DNA of 62,889 nt, filler included, from Stramenopiles sp. TOSAG23-3 (GCA_900128585.1; 7 parts of 7 records of this genome joined end to end with filler, not necessarily neighbours in it), one strand, 5' to 3'; shown: positions 11,003 through 22,710, counted from the first letter of the whole stretch. Notes: generated by a model from the letters alone, not told the origin. Numbers and translations are program-made.

Positions 11003-12443
11003 TCGAGTTAATGGCCCGGTCAAGCCGGGCCTCGTGCTCCAAGTGGGCGTCTTCCAAGGAACTCGCCTGCTCAGTTTCCTCTATAAAATACATTTCCGTA
11101 AATTTCACCGGGTCGGGAGAAAATTCGATTTCACCCAGCATGGTGTCAACATTAGAAAGTGCAACTTCCCCCATCGCTTTCAGGGACTTTCCGACAGATA
11201 CAATTATGGCCCGTGTTTCGTCAACCTTTTGCGCCGCAATTTTCTTCTTTATATTTCCAAGGCGCGCACGCAACTGTTTCGTTTCAGTTTCCATTCGTAC
11301 CATGTCCATCATCAAGTCGCCTTCCTGTTTCTTCGCCAGCTGCAGCGCGCGTTCCAACTCTTGCAGCTCTTGCTGCTTTTCATTTCGCAGGCCGAGGGTC
11401 GTCTCTAATTTCGCATTCACCGTCAACGTCTTCCAGGCGACAAAAATATCTTTGAACGATATCTTCTTCAGCCTTCTAAAATACTTTGCAAGCATTTCTC
11501 GCTGGCGAACCGTGTTTTTGGCAGTTTCGCGCCACTGACGAAATGCCCCATTCAAAAGCATCATCTGCCAATTTTTTGACGTTCGCATGAGCACATTTTT
11601 TCTCATAACCCTTCTATCGTGCGCACCTGCCTTGGCGCGATCGTAACGCTTTCTCTCCTTTAATAGCTTGTCCACCTTGCGCTTCAAACTTCGAACTACT
11701 TCAAAATATGGCGTTGAACGGAGCAAAGAGCGAAGATCGGACAGTTCGTCTGGCTCGTTACGGTAAACAGACCGGAGCAATTCCGTTCGAAGGTCTCCTA
11801 TGTGCTGAAAATGCTTGAGCCGCTCGGATATTTTTGCCAAAATGTCGCAGCACAGCGCCGTGCTGACCCTGTTCGGGGTGCCAATGTTTCCAGAGGACAC
11901 TGCATTAAAGATATCCTTTAGTGCGTAAGCATCGCTTTCGGACGGGTTCACAGATATTGCAGCCCGCACTAAATCCTCGAATGCCGTGCCGTATTTGTCG
12001 TACCACGTCATCAGTGCCTCTTCCGTTTTGTCGTCAAGAATAGCTTCCCCTTCTACGGTGGCGTCTATTGGAGTATCCCCCACCAAACGTGCCAAATCGG
12101 CGAGAGACTCCGCAAGTTCTCCCGCGCTTATCACTGGTTCCTCGTAACTTAAATTATTGCTGGAGTGGGGCTGGTTGCTTTCAGCCGGTCTCCACTGCCT
12201 TCGTTGGTCTATCGGTTTCAATTCCCTGGGGCTTGCAAGTTTAGTCGTGGTGTGATTGCGGCCGGTTTCCAGCTTCACCGGGCTTTTCTTCCGGGCAGCG
12301 GGCAAATTGCGCACACCATGACCAGGGGGGGGACGCACCTGGCGGCTCCCCGTAGGGGCAGCGGCACTCGTCGAGAAGGGCCTTCGCCGAGGGCCCACTC
12401 GATTTTTCTGGGACCCATTGTTCACAAGAAAACCCTTTTTCAT
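11003..12443 (-). CDS. Hypothetical coiled-coil protein, 3' end lost
   Basis: About 480 codons of coding-like sequence from ATG 12443, with Trp-containing helical motifs (GAFRQWRE, IFVAWKT) and a coiled coil. It runs without a stop into AT-rich microsatellite and an N gap. Confidence 0.75.
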
Positions 12444-13326
12444 GCTGCTCTCAAGGAGTATAAATAGTCCTTCCTAACTCTGACTTCGTTTGACTATATA
12501 TATACGCGTTGTGTTGACTAACGTTGATTTTAGCTTTGTAAACTCTTAAATACCATGACAAAATTGAATAAGTGAAAAAAAATATTCACATATTTCCATT
12601 TGACTTGAGAAGGAGGAACATTAACTATTGTTACAACTCCAATAGTCAATTGGATTAATACACATATTTGTTCACAACAAATAAAAAATATGGAAAAAAA
12701 AATGTCGTTATTTATTATTTTTTAATAATAATAAAATTCCGAAGAAGAAGAAAGAAGAAGAACAGCGAGAGAGACGAAGAATAAAAAAATNNNNNNNNNN
12801 NNNNNNNNNNNNNNNNNNNNNNNNNNCTTCATTTTTTTAGTTGTAGTTGTATTATTATATTCGAAATAGTATTAATACCAGTCGGTCTTACTTCAAACAA
12901 ATAAAATTACAATGCTTGTATCTGGTTCCTCGTAGTTGAGGTGTGTGGTGTTTTTCTATGTTTTTGATAACCGATACTTATTACTTGCTATACAATGTAT
13001 TACTTAGTCTATTATACGAGGCGCTTGAAATCCTGGTGGTAAACCTTGGCTTGATCTTAAATTCCATCCACTCTGATGCTCTCTGATGCTCGAGTTGAGT
13101 TCGTATGGTCGGCGTATTTGTAATGTACACTTCATTATATCATCATCATCCATCATATATTATTATCAGTGTACACAGTATTATTTTATAATAATAATAT
13201 ATAAAATAATAAATTTTAGTCTCCTTTCTTTCTTTTCCGTGCTCGATTATCTCTCATGTATACATACAGTATTTGGCAAAAGATTATTTATGTAGGTCAA
13301 GAATGAACGATTTGCAATCCAAATAG

Positions 13327-16300
13327 ATGGCAGATTTAGTCGTGTCCACGCCGAGGAAAGATAATGGCCGTAGAGGCGATGGGTGCGCTTTCTGGGAAAG
13401 TTCTCCAGCAACGTCAGTAGAATGTCGCCAGATGTCCACCACCTTGCTCTGCGAGCGCCTGCAGCATCGCAGAGGTTTTTCTCCGCAAAAGGAAACGGGC
13501 AATAGTGCATCCTTGGAAATGGCGGCGTCGATTGAATCTGTTGGTTCCAATGACGCGACGCCACCGAAAGAAAATGCAACTGTAGAAGGGTCGCCGGGCG
13601 CACTGTTTCTTACCGCAGTCGACGGCGTGGAAGAAAGGGACAGCACCGTGCGGACGCCAGTACGAAATGAGAACGAACGTTTGACGCAGTCAACTATAAC
13701 ACCAATACCAGAAGAGCCCGAATCGTATTACGAGAGTGACAACAGCGAAGCGTCGAGTTTTTTCGACGAGGACGATGTTGCACAGGGCCCGTCTCCGGAA
13801 GGAGGGAGTGGTGAATATTTCGTCGGAATCAAGGCAAAGGAAGGTTTTTTCCATGCATTGTCGGCAACTTCTTCGTTGCGGAAGAAAAATAGCATGTTCA
13901 AGTACCAAATATCGGAGCAGGTGCCGGATCGAATCCAAGCGTGCACGGGAATAAAAAAATTGAAACCTCTTAGTCCACGGAGCAAGGTGCTCACACTTTT
14001 TGAAAACGAAATGCTTGTTCCAGAGCCACTCCTAGTACGCGCGAACGATGAAGAAACCTTGCTTGGGCTTCAAAACTTGAGCTTGGGCAACAAGAAACTG
14101 TCTTTGCTATCCACGGCCTTGCCTTCCTTGCCCCATATCAAAGAACTAAACCTGGCAAACAATAACTTGAGTCGACAATCTTTAGACGAGCTGTTTCGTG
14201 CGATGAAACCAATGCAGACAATCACTTCCTTGAACTTAAATCGAAACAAAGTATCTAGAAGTTGCCTGTCTAGCTTGGCACATTTGCTTCTTTCAAAAGG
14301 CAACCAGATTGAATCTGTTTTCTTGAAAGGGTGCGGAATCGGAAATAGAGGCATAAAATCGTTTTCTACGACATTGCTGGACAATAGCCCGTCTGGAAAA
14401 ATGCGACACTTGCTGGAGCTTGACCTTCAGAAGAATAACATTGTTTCTTGCTCTTATCTCGTCGATCTTCTTCCCCATTTAAAGTGCCTTGGTACTTTAA
14501 ACTTAGCTTGGAACCCAATAAAAGGCAAAGAGGCAAGCAAAATCGCTTCGGTCTGCCACAGTTCGACTGATATCAAGCGCCTGAGTTTTGCATGGTGCCC
14601 CCTGTTTCCATGTGAATCGCCCGAAGTGTACGCTGAATTCGGTAGACTGATTGAGTGCAGCAGAACCCTTGCTTGGCTAGACCTGTCCTGCACCGGGTTT
14701 TCAAAGGTTTCTTGCCTGGCGGAAGGAATCGCATCGAATAGAACGTTAAAGCACCTGTCCCTTTCGAACAATCGGATCCCCCCCGAAGAGGCTGCGGTGT
14801 TTGCAGAAGCCCTGAAGAGTAACCATACTCTGCTGGGCCTTCATATGCTGATCGGCAATGCGGCACATGTTGATCATTTCGGTTTTTGTATCCCAATAAA
14901 AGACGGACGAATGAGGAACTTGTCCCGCTTAATTTACGAAGGTATAGAAGAGCAAGCGAATGGCATGCCGTCAGAAAACTGTTGGGTATGCGAAGGTTGG
15001 CAAGAGATTCGTTTTTCGTGGACCCCGGGTGTCAGCGGCGGAGGCGGACAGAAAGTGTCGCTTTGTTTATCGATAGAGCGTTGGGTACCACAAGAAATGA
15101 CTTACAACACGGAACTCGAGGCTTATGAATTGTACAGGGTTGTTCCGCCAGGGAAGATAAAATACATGTTTCAAATTGACGAGGGGTACGAGTTTGATTC
15201 ACGGTACGAAACGACGTCGCTAAAGCTATGGCCGTTGGGACCACGGCTGGCGGTCAACGTATTGCACGTGCCTCCGAGGAACATACAAGAGCCAGTGTCT
15301 TTTAAATACACAAAGCCCCGCCCGTTGAAGAAAGGGGAAACGGGTTTAGCAAAAGGCAAAAGCTTTTCGCTTATCCAGAGCGTTTTTGCAAAGCGCTTTA
15401 AGACCAACCGGCACTTTGACCATGTCGCTCAAGCGGGCGCGTGGGAAAATGATGTTGCTCGATTTTGCAGCTGCGAAGGCCCGAGCAAGATTATTAAGGA
15501 CGAAGTGGACGTTTTAAAAATGAATTTGGTAACCGAGCAGCACTATGTGCATTTGACGGCCATATTTAATTATTACTGTAAAAACGTAACTGGCGAAGAA
15601 GACATTCTTCACAGCACCGAGTTCCAGAACATGTTGACGGATAGTGGCCTTGCGGAAAATGCTTCCAACAAATCGGGGGATAGTTTGCTGAACCACATCG
15701 TGTCCTCTACGGATGCAAGCATAATATACACGGCGGCGAACTTTGTGACCAAGGAAGGGCTGGAAAAGTTGAAAGGGCAGCACATGACAACGCATGGATT
15801 TTGCCGCTTCCAGTTCTTTGAATCCTTGTACAGATTGGCAGTGGCCATCCACAAGACGCTGCAAAAGGGCGGGGCCAATGATAGCCTGCTGGTTGGAAAT
15901 GTGTACGAACAAATGGTAAAGAACCATTTAACGAAATTCTGTACACACAACTATTCGGACGATTTCAGGAAAGGGAAGGTGTATGTCTGGGAAACTGAAG
16001 CATTGTTGAGGAAAAACTCTTTAGAGCTGAAGACGTTGTACAAAAAACTAACTGGCTTAGAGATGGGTTCGAAAGGTATTAAACTCGACAGTTTTTTGCA
16101 GTTCTGCACGGTGTGCTTTCAAGACGGGAACCAAGAGTTTTACCGTGGCATGACAATCCCCTTTCTCAAAGACATGTTTTCCCTGTCAAAAATTATTCGC
16201 GAGGATGAATTGAACCAGACCAATAGCTTGCAGTATACAGATTTTTTAGAGGCCTTATGCCGCATTGCTGCAGCGTTGACGGAGCAAGGGGTTGCAGACA

Positions 16301-16815
16301 TAAGCGAAAAGTTCCGCAGCGTGATGAGAAAAGAGATAGCCGAGTCTACGACTGGCGGGAGGAAGGGTAGCTGGGCCTTGGTAAAGAACTTCATAAAGAA
16401 CCACAACGCTATCATCAAACAGGAAGGCGTCTTCGTGAAGCAGTCCAGTTTAAAGATAATTAAGTCGAACCTTGATGGAAAAGAACTGCTGGACGAAGCC
16501 ATATCAAGGCCATCAACTACTGTCACCCCAGCGGAGCAGAGCCCGGGAGGGCTATCGAACGATGGCACATCGCCAGCCCCAGAGCCAAGCCTTTCGGATC
16601 CCGAAGGACGGCAAGAAACGGGCGAAGAAGCCGTCGTAGCCGAGGAGGCCGAGAAGGAAGTAGACACGCCGAGCCCGTTAAAGAAAACGTTTGCAGAAAA
16701 TTTGCAGTTTGCTCTTTCCCGTACAATCAATTACAGCCAACTTAAGAAAGCAAGGGCGTCTCATTCTCCGGTCCCATCGTCAAACGATAAAAAGTCCGTG
16801 AAGGGCAAACATTAA
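13327..16815 (+). CDS. RNI-like leucine-rich-repeat protein with a central CBM48/AMPK-beta-like carbohydrate-binding module and a degenerate EF-hand-like C-terminal region
   Basis: LxxLxLxxNxI repeats, then CWVCEGW, then EIRFSW...ERWVPQEM...YELYRVVPPGKIKYMFQID (CBM48-like), then helical RFQFFESL and YTDFLEAL motifs. Confidence 0.8.
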   Translation: MADLVVSTPRKDNGRRGDGCAFWESSPATSVECRQMSTTLLCERLQHRRGFSPQKETGNSASLEMAASIESVGSNDATPPKENATVEGSPGALFLTAVDGVEERDSTVRTPVRNENERLTQSTITPIPEEPESYYESDNSEASSFFDEDDVAQGPSPEGGSGEYFVGIKAKEGFFHALSATSSLRKKNSMFKYQISEQVPDRIQACTGIKKLKPLSPRSKVLTLFENEMLVPEPLLVRANDEETLLGLQNLSLGNKKLSLLSTALPSLPHIKELNLANNNLSRQSLDELFRAMKPMQTITSLNLNRNKVSRSCLSSLAHLLLSKGNQIESVFLKGCGIGNRGIKSFSTTLLDNSPSGKMRHLLELDLQKNNIVSCSYLVDLLPHLKCLGTLNLAWNPIKGKEASKIASVCHSSTDIKRLSFAWCPLFPCESPEVYAEFGRLIECSRTLAWLDLSCTGFSKVSCLAEGIASNRTLKHLSLSNNRIPPEEAAVFAEALKSNHTLLGLHMLIGNAAHVDHFGFCIPIKDGRMRNLSRLIYEGIEEQANGMPSENCWVCEGWQEIRFSWTPGVSGGGGQKVSLCLSIERWVPQEMTYNTELEAYELYRVVPPGKIKYMFQIDEGYEFDSRYETTSLKLWPLGPRLAVNVLHVPPRNIQEPVSFKYTKPRPLKKGETGLAKGKSFSLIQSVFAKRFKTNRHFDHVAQAGAWENDVARFCSCEGPSKIIKDEVDVLKMNLVTEQHYVHLTAIFNYYCKNVTGEEDILHSTEFQNMLTDSGLAENASNKSGDSLLNHIVSSTDASIIYTAANFVTKEGLEKLKGQHMTTHGFCRFQFFESLYRLAVAIHKTLQKGGANDSLLVGNVYEQMVKNHLTKFCTHNYSDDFRKGKVYVWETEALLRKNSLELKTLYKKLTGLEMGSKGIKLDSFLQFCTVCFQDGNQEFYRGMTIPFLKDMFSLSKIIREDELNQTNSLQYTDFLEALCRIAAALTEQGVADISEKFRSVMRKEIAESTTGGRKGSWALVKNFIKNHNAIIKQEGVFVKQSSLKIIKSNLDGKELLDEAISRPSTTVTPAEQSPGGLSNDGTSPAPEPSLSDPEGRQETGEEAVVAEEAEKEVDTPSPLKKTFAENLQFALSRTINYSQLKKARASHSPVPSSNDKKSVKGKH

Positions 16816-17366
16816 AGTTTATCCATGATCATATTATTGGTTCGACGACTACGAGGATTAATAAATTTTGGAAAAATATATCGACCATTCGTACTTGTAT
16901 TGTCTCTTAGAGCTATAATAATATGCGTGTACCCTAACTATGATGAAAGCAAACATCCACAATTTGTTTTCTGTAGCTAATATTATTCGCCTATATATTA
17001 TATTAGACTATAACTACAACAACCGTTTCAGGACTTTTCGTTCTTCAGAAAATATGAGAAAACACTTTTGAAATACAATAATAATAATATACACGTTATT
17101 CCTCTTCTATATTACATAAAACAACAAGTGAGAGGAGTACCAGGTGGTACGACGAAAAATATAATAATATTAAATATATTTATAATAATAATAATGTGGA
17201 AATGACACAGTCAGGAGAAGAACGAATGAATGAAGAATCATTCACACAAATATGCACTTGTTATACGAATACATACATATGTTAAATATAATTTTCATGA
17301 AAACGTAAAGATCAATTCATGGGATTATAACCATACGAAAGAAAACAAATATATTTTGTTCATTAT

Positions 17367-19016
17367 ATGTCGACGGCTAATGTTCTGCCCCAACCGTACA
17401 GCTGTATGCGCCCGACGACCGTAGGGAATGTTCGAGGGAAAGCGCCACAGGGGTTCGGTCATGGCGTTAAATCTCCAATGTCGGTGCTCGCGGCCAACCC
17501 GAGGCGGCCTCAAACTGTGTCCAGTCCGTCTCGCAGCGCTCGGTCGAACCCTAGGAAATACATAAACCACTGACTACAAATGGTAGTAGTATAGATTTCT
17601 CGAAATTGCCCTTTGCTGGACCTTCCAGTGACAACCTTTCAGCCGGCCTATTATACCCTGCTCCCCGGCACGTTACGCGTTCAGCCCAGGCCATTAGAAA
17701 ACCGGTACAAGGCAGCTCGGCCAACGCCCATCTCGGGGGCGGAAGGAAGGAGCTTAATTCCTCGTTTACAACCGTTAGGCCTGCGAACGCGTCGATAAAA
17801 ATTCCAATTTACGGCTCGAAGGATTACAACTCGTTTCTCTGGAGGGCCGCAGCATGCTTTGGATGCTTAGACGACCACATTAAAAAATGCAAAGAAATAT
17901 TTTCAGGGAATCGTGAATCGGAGTCTCCATTTGTGAAAGATTTAGAAAAATCCAGGGACGAACTGCTCAAGATGGTATACGGAAATAAGAAAAGTGAACT
18001 TAAATGGTGCAACACTTCGATGGGCCCAGTTCAATACAAATCCCAGCTGCGCCGATGCCTCTCCTTCAAGCCCTGGGCGGTCATCGCCAAGGAGCAGGCG
18101 ATTGAGAAAAGAAGGCTGGAGTGTCAATTAAAAGATATTTGCGACGAACCGATGTACCAGTACAATCAGTTGAAAGGGGACGACGAGTTGAAGACAAAGT
18201 ACCTGAAGGGTATATTTGACGCAGATAAGGATTTGAGTCTAACGTTTTTAGGGAAAGCGGCCGAGTTGATTCGAGATCGAATGGAGCTGTCTGACAAAGA
18301 CAGGTACGACCTTGTCCTTGAACAGATAGAGTTACTGACAAGTGAATTAAGGAAGGAATTGTACAAAGTCCTTTGGGCGAAATGTTTGGGGGCATTCTCC
18401 GAGCCGAAAGTAGACCTGGAACAGCCTAACGAAGAGGACATTGTCCCCCAAAACAAAAGCCCAGAACATCGAGCGAAATTGATGTCGGAGAAAAAGCGCA
18501 GGTTGTCCGCAGTGTTCGATGAGAATCACTCGATGAAAAGCACTCGATGGGAAGGGGAGAAATTGCCCGAACTGCGCAAGATGCAAGAAGAGAACGAAGA
18601 GCACTACGAAAACATAGATTTGGAATTTTTGAACCCATTGCTGAATGGTGGGCTAAGCGGCGACAATTCCGAAGAAGTGGGTCATTACAACCGACGGGCC
18701 ATCATGCACCACATAACGGAGAGCGTCAAACCGGGGGAGGGCGGAGTATGGGAAACAGCTCTGCTGCAAAATGTGGAGCTGAGGGCAAGGCTGAAAGCGG
18801 CAGTGCAGCGAATAGCCTTCCTTGAGAGTGATCGTGAAAACATTTACAGGGTAGTGGACGAAAAAATCGAAAAAGAGGCCATTGCTAGAGATTTATTGAT
18901 TCATAAGACCAAGCAAAAGCAAGAACAGGCTCATTTGGAAGCCATGAATGCAAAAATAGAAGCCTCGAAACTCACAGAGTGCGTGGCCGAGCTAGATGCT
19001 CTTCTAAAAGCAAAAA
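17367..19016 (+). CDS. Hypothetical coiled-coil protein; probable frameshift or unrecognised intron near 17555-17570; 3' end in an N gap
   Basis: The ATG ORF 17367-17573 overlaps an open -1 frame starting at about 17555 that continues about 485 codons to the gap at 19017. Coding-like GC content is uniform throughout. Confidence 0.65.
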
Positions 19017-19187
19017 NNNNNNNNNNNNNNNNNNNNNNNNNNNNNNNNNNNNNNNNNNNNNNNNNNNNNNNNNNNNNNNNNNNNNNNNNNNNNNNNNNNN
19101 NNNNNNNNNNNNNNNNNNNNNNNNNTATTTGAGATATGCTATGAAATGTAAGGCGTGAACACTCACGTTTTTTTGTAAAAATTAACC

Positions 19188-19237
19188 TTGTACAAAAAAA
19201 ATAAATTATATAGTATGTTTTAAGACTCTCATTTTAA
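19188..19237 (-). repeat. 3'-flank element family B
   Basis: 19211-19237 is the exact reverse complement of 35409-35435 (TTAAAATGAGAGTCTTAAAACATACTA), with weaker similarity for about 25 more bp. Confidence 0.8.
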
Positions 19238-19345
19238 TAACACGTTTCACTAGACGCGAAGAAAAAAAAATGCAGTCCTTCTCTCCTCCTTCGTACGAAG
19301 TTAACTGGGTGCACTCACAAAAACAGTATGATACGAATTTCGTAT

Positions 19346-20305
19346 TTAGCTAGGGTTGAGTAGAATACCGCCCTTGAACCCCCTCGAATCAGTGGCGATC
19401 TTGAACGGGAGGTTCAAATTCTGTACATACGTTACCACCGCGAAAAAAAGTACACCTTCCGCCTGATGGCCATCCCTGTGGTGTCCCGTTCCAGTGATTA
19501 CCCAGACGTCCTTCTCGTATGAATATTGGGGCAGGACAACGTCTAAAACACTTGAAAGCTCCCCCCTGCGAATAAAATGCAAATCAATGCATTTGTCTGG
19601 GCTGTCTTCGTTTACCCTTGCGAACCGGGTCAGCGGGTTCATGATCGAGTTGAAAATCGTCGTGTCCCGCAAACGATTGTCTTTCCATATGCCCAGCGGA
19701 ATGACAACACTTTTTATTCCTATCAATCGCGCTGATTCTCGCTGCTGCTTCGCAGCCGAATCGAGCAGGGAAGAACTCCCCGAAGCGCTCCCGTACGCCG
19801 CATCCGTCGCTGAAACCCTCTGGTTTTGACCATTGATCTGTGGGGCTTTCGGCCATTGCTGTGGCACTAACGTTGGATCGGCGAAGCTAAGGTGCCCCCC
19901 ACCAGCACCGAAGGGTGTCCATTCATGTGCCCCTGCGGACATCATAGAATTGCTTGGGACTTCAGAATACTGCGGGTGACTATATAAACAGCCCACCGTG
20001 CGGCAGGTGGAACCAAATCTACAAAGCTGCTGAGCGAACATATAAATCAGCTCGTTGGCCTCTTCGACCGGGGGGTGTCGGTTCATGCAATTCTTTCCGT
20101 ACGGACATAGATCGGCCAAGTATGCAAGGCACACACGCTGGTTTCCCTCTGAACTGGGCCCGTGCGATTCAGATTTTTTAGGGTGCCTGTACACGCAGTC
20201 CTTTCTCGTGCATGCCGTCCCATACCTGCACTCCGGCATTTTTCGAGCACTGGATGATGTGGGCGCCTTCCCATTCTTTTTAGCTTTGGGGGGACGTAAG
20301 TACAT
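19346..20305 (-). CDS. Triple CCCH zinc-finger + Smr (MutS2 C-terminal-like) nuclease domain protein
   Basis: CRYGTACTRKDCVYRH, CLAYLADLCPYGKNCMNRH and CRFGSTCRTVGCLYSH fingers; Smr motifs IDLH, VITGTGHH and terminal GGILL. Confidence 0.88.
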   Translation of the reverse strand: MYLRPPKAKKNGKAPTSSSARKMPECRYGTACTRKDCVYRHPKKSESHGPSSEGNQRVCLAYLADLCPYGKNCMNRHPPVEEANELIYMFAQQLCRFGSTCRTVGCLYSHPQYSEVPSNSMMSAGAHEWTPFGAGGGHLSFADPTLVPQQWPKAPQINGQNQRVSATDAAYGSASGSSSLLDSAAKQQRESARLIGIKSVVIPLGIWKDNRLRDTTIFNSIMNPLTRFARVNEDSPDKCIDLHFIRRGELSSVLDVVLPQYSYEKDVWVITGTGHHRDGHQAEGVLFFAVVTYVQNLNLPFKIATDSRGFKGGILLNPS

Positions 20306-20538
20306 TGTCCGTTGATATGAAAACTCCTACTTTTTACAATGAACTGTTAGTGTGTATCATTTCTCAATTCCATAACTCTTTCATCTGCTTTTTAAAAAAT
20401 TCTGGCGCATGTCTATAATTAGAGACCAGTCTAAGATANNNNNNNNNNNNNNNNNNNNNNNNNNNNNNNNNNNNNNNNNNNNTTAATTAATTAANNNNNN
20501 NNNNNNNNNNNNNNNNNNNNNNNNNNNNNNNNNNNNNN

Positions 20539-20551
20539 AAGAAAGAGTCGA

Positions 20552-20615
<64 letters not shown>

Positions 20616-20705
20616 AAAGAAGAACAAGAAGAAGAACAGATGATGATCGAAAAGAAGAAAGAAAGAAAAAAAATAAAGAAGAAGAAAAAAGGAAAATAAA
20701 AGAGA
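20539..20705 (+). repeat. (GAAA)n/(GAA)n microsatellite
   Basis: Seen directly at the scaffold start. Confidence 0.95.
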
Positions 20706-21078
20706 AATTATTTATAATTAAGGTATAATGTATTCATATAAACTTTAACTATTGATATAACATTAATTATATATATATAATACATACGAGGATAAAATAC
20801 CTTAGTTATGGTAATTATGGAAAAAGAAGAAAATGATATTTTTATTTGTTTTTTTTTGCTGTTGTTGTTGTTGTTGTGTTGTAAAAAAGTCTGTCTTACC
20901 TAAAAAGTAATATAGTCTTGGATCCGAACGATCGATAGATAACAAGACGTCTATTGCTTTTCCCTTGGTATTCTTAATTATTGCCTGCTTTAATCGTTGA
21001 AGGGCAGTCCAAGCGAGCGGTTTATTTACCTTTCTTGCGTTTCTGCACTTTATTGTACTGCTCGGAACTCGTTGCGCA

Positions 21079-22710
21079 ATGGCGTCTACCCCGAGTGCGA
21101 CCGACGTGACCCGCCTCATCAAAGGTGGGTCGTTGGTGTACAAACATATAAAGAGGATGACGCGCCAAGACCCCCGATTTCAGTTTCTTCCGGCGGCGGA
21201 GAAGGCGGTCGTCGACTTGTATTCGAACATTGCCTCGCAGATGCCGAAGGCAGAAAACCAGAGCCGCACGGAAGCCAACAAAGAGGAGGTCGTGCACGTG
21301 GACGACGCCCCGTTAACAGAGCGGAAATACGCCGCAACGGCGGAAGCGTCGGTTCCCGCAACCCCACTGTCCCGGGTGTTTGGGTTTGGCATGTTGGGTG
21401 CAAGGCTGGCCGTAGGGACAATCACCAGCGGCTCTGTAAAGTCGGGGGAAAACGTGGAGGTGCTGGCGGCGGCGCTGTGTCGTATGCGGGGCGCGGCGCT
21501 CAAGTTAGGCCAAATGTTGAGCATTCAGGACGAGAACGTCCTGCCAAAGGAGCTCACGGACGCACTGGAGCGCGTGCGGGAGGGCGCCGACCGAATGCCG
21601 ATGGAACAGCTGGAGGGCATTTTGGAGGAAGACCTTGGCGAGGGATGGGAAGAGAAGCGATTCGTGGAGTTCGACACGGTCCCCATTGCCGCGGCATCGT
21701 TGGGGCAAGTCCACTACGGGCGCATCAAAATCCCCGTCGTGGACGTCACAGAGTATGGGAGGCAAGAGAAGGAAGTAGAGAAAAACGTAGCGGTAAAGAT
21801 TCAGTACCCCGGAGTAGCCACCAGCATAGACAGCGATGTAAAGAATTTAATGACCATTGTAAGGCTGACGAATGTCGTCCCGAAAGGCCTTTACATAGAC
21901 AGGGCGATGGACGTCGCCCGAAAGGAGTTGAAACTAGAGTGCGACTACGAGAACGAGGCCAAGGCGCAGGAGCACTACCGGGGCCTCCTGCGAACGGACC
22001 GGGTCTTGAGCCATGGGGTCGAAACGGAGGGGGGCGTAAAGTTTTCGGTGCCGGCGCTGTACCCAGAACTTTGCTCGAAACGGGTGTTGACCACGGAGTA
22101 CGTCCCCGGGGTGCCATTGGACCAAGTCGCCGCAATGAACAAGGCGACCCGGGACGGGGTTGGCATTGCCATGCTCCGCCTGACGTTGACGGAGCTTTTC
22201 CAGTGGAACTACATGCAGACGGACCCGAACTGGTCCAACTTCCTGTTTGCCGAAGAGACGAACACGTGCCACTTGATAGATTTTGGCGCTGCCCGCTCCT
22301 TTGACAAGGCGTTCGTCGACCAGTACTTGAGAATGGTCTGGGGGGCGGCGGACAGGGACGAGGGGAAATTTTTGGACGCATCGGTGAAGGCGGGGTTTTT
22401 GAACGGGAAAGAGTCGGACGAAATGATAGCTGCGCACATAGCGGCGGGGATGGTCGTCGGCGAACCATTTCGGGAACAGCCCGGGAACGTTGCGTTCCAG
22501 TTTGGGCAGAAGGAAGACGCCCTAACGTCCAGGGTGACAGGGGAGTTGCCGACCATAGGCCGGGATCGTCTTCAGCCGCCACCCACAGAAACGTACTCGC
22601 TTCATCGAAAACTCTCGGGTGCATTTTTGGCCGCCATCAAATTGCGGTCCAGCATTCATTGCAGGGACATGCTCATGGAAATTATTGACGGGTACGAGTT
22701 TGATGAGTAA
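21079..22710 (+). CDS. COQ8: Atypical UbiB/ABC1 kinase COQ8/ADCK3
   Basis: LCRMRGAALKLGQMLSIQD (KxGQ), AAASLGQVH, VAVKIQYPGVA, ECDY, MQTDPNWSNF, LIDFGA and PPPTETYSLHRKLSGAF. Confidence 0.95.
   Translation: MASTPSATDVTRLIKGGSLVYKHIKRMTRQDPRFQFLPAAEKAVVDLYSNIASQMPKAENQSRTEANKEEVVHVDDAPLTERKYAATAEASVPATPLSRVFGFGMLGARLAVGTITSGSVKSGENVEVLAAALCRMRGAALKLGQMLSIQDENVLPKELTDALERVREGADRMPMEQLEGILEEDLGEGWEEKRFVEFDTVPIAAASLGQVHYGRIKIPVVDVTEYGRQEKEVEKNVAVKIQYPGVATSIDSDVKNLMTIVRLTNVVPKGLYIDRAMDVARKELKLECDYENEAKAQEHYRGLLRTDRVLSHGVETEGGVKFSVPALYPELCSKRVLTTEYVPGVPLDQVAAMNKATRDGVGIAMLRLTLTELFQWNYMQTDPNWSNFLFAEETNTCHLIDFGAARSFDKAFVDQYLRMVWGAADRDEGKFLDASVKAGFLNGKESDEMIAAHIAAGMVVGEPFREQPGNVAFQFGQKEDALTSRVTGELPTIGRDRLQPPPTETYSLHRKLSGAFLAAIKLRSSIHCRDMLMEIIDGYEFDE

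Noticed and set aside
20997-22624. Long overlapping ORFs (435 aa +, 292 aa -) over COQ8; likewise 31183-32109 and 3777-4577
   Set aside because: Shadow frames of real, mostly GC-rich genes, with no motifs of their own.
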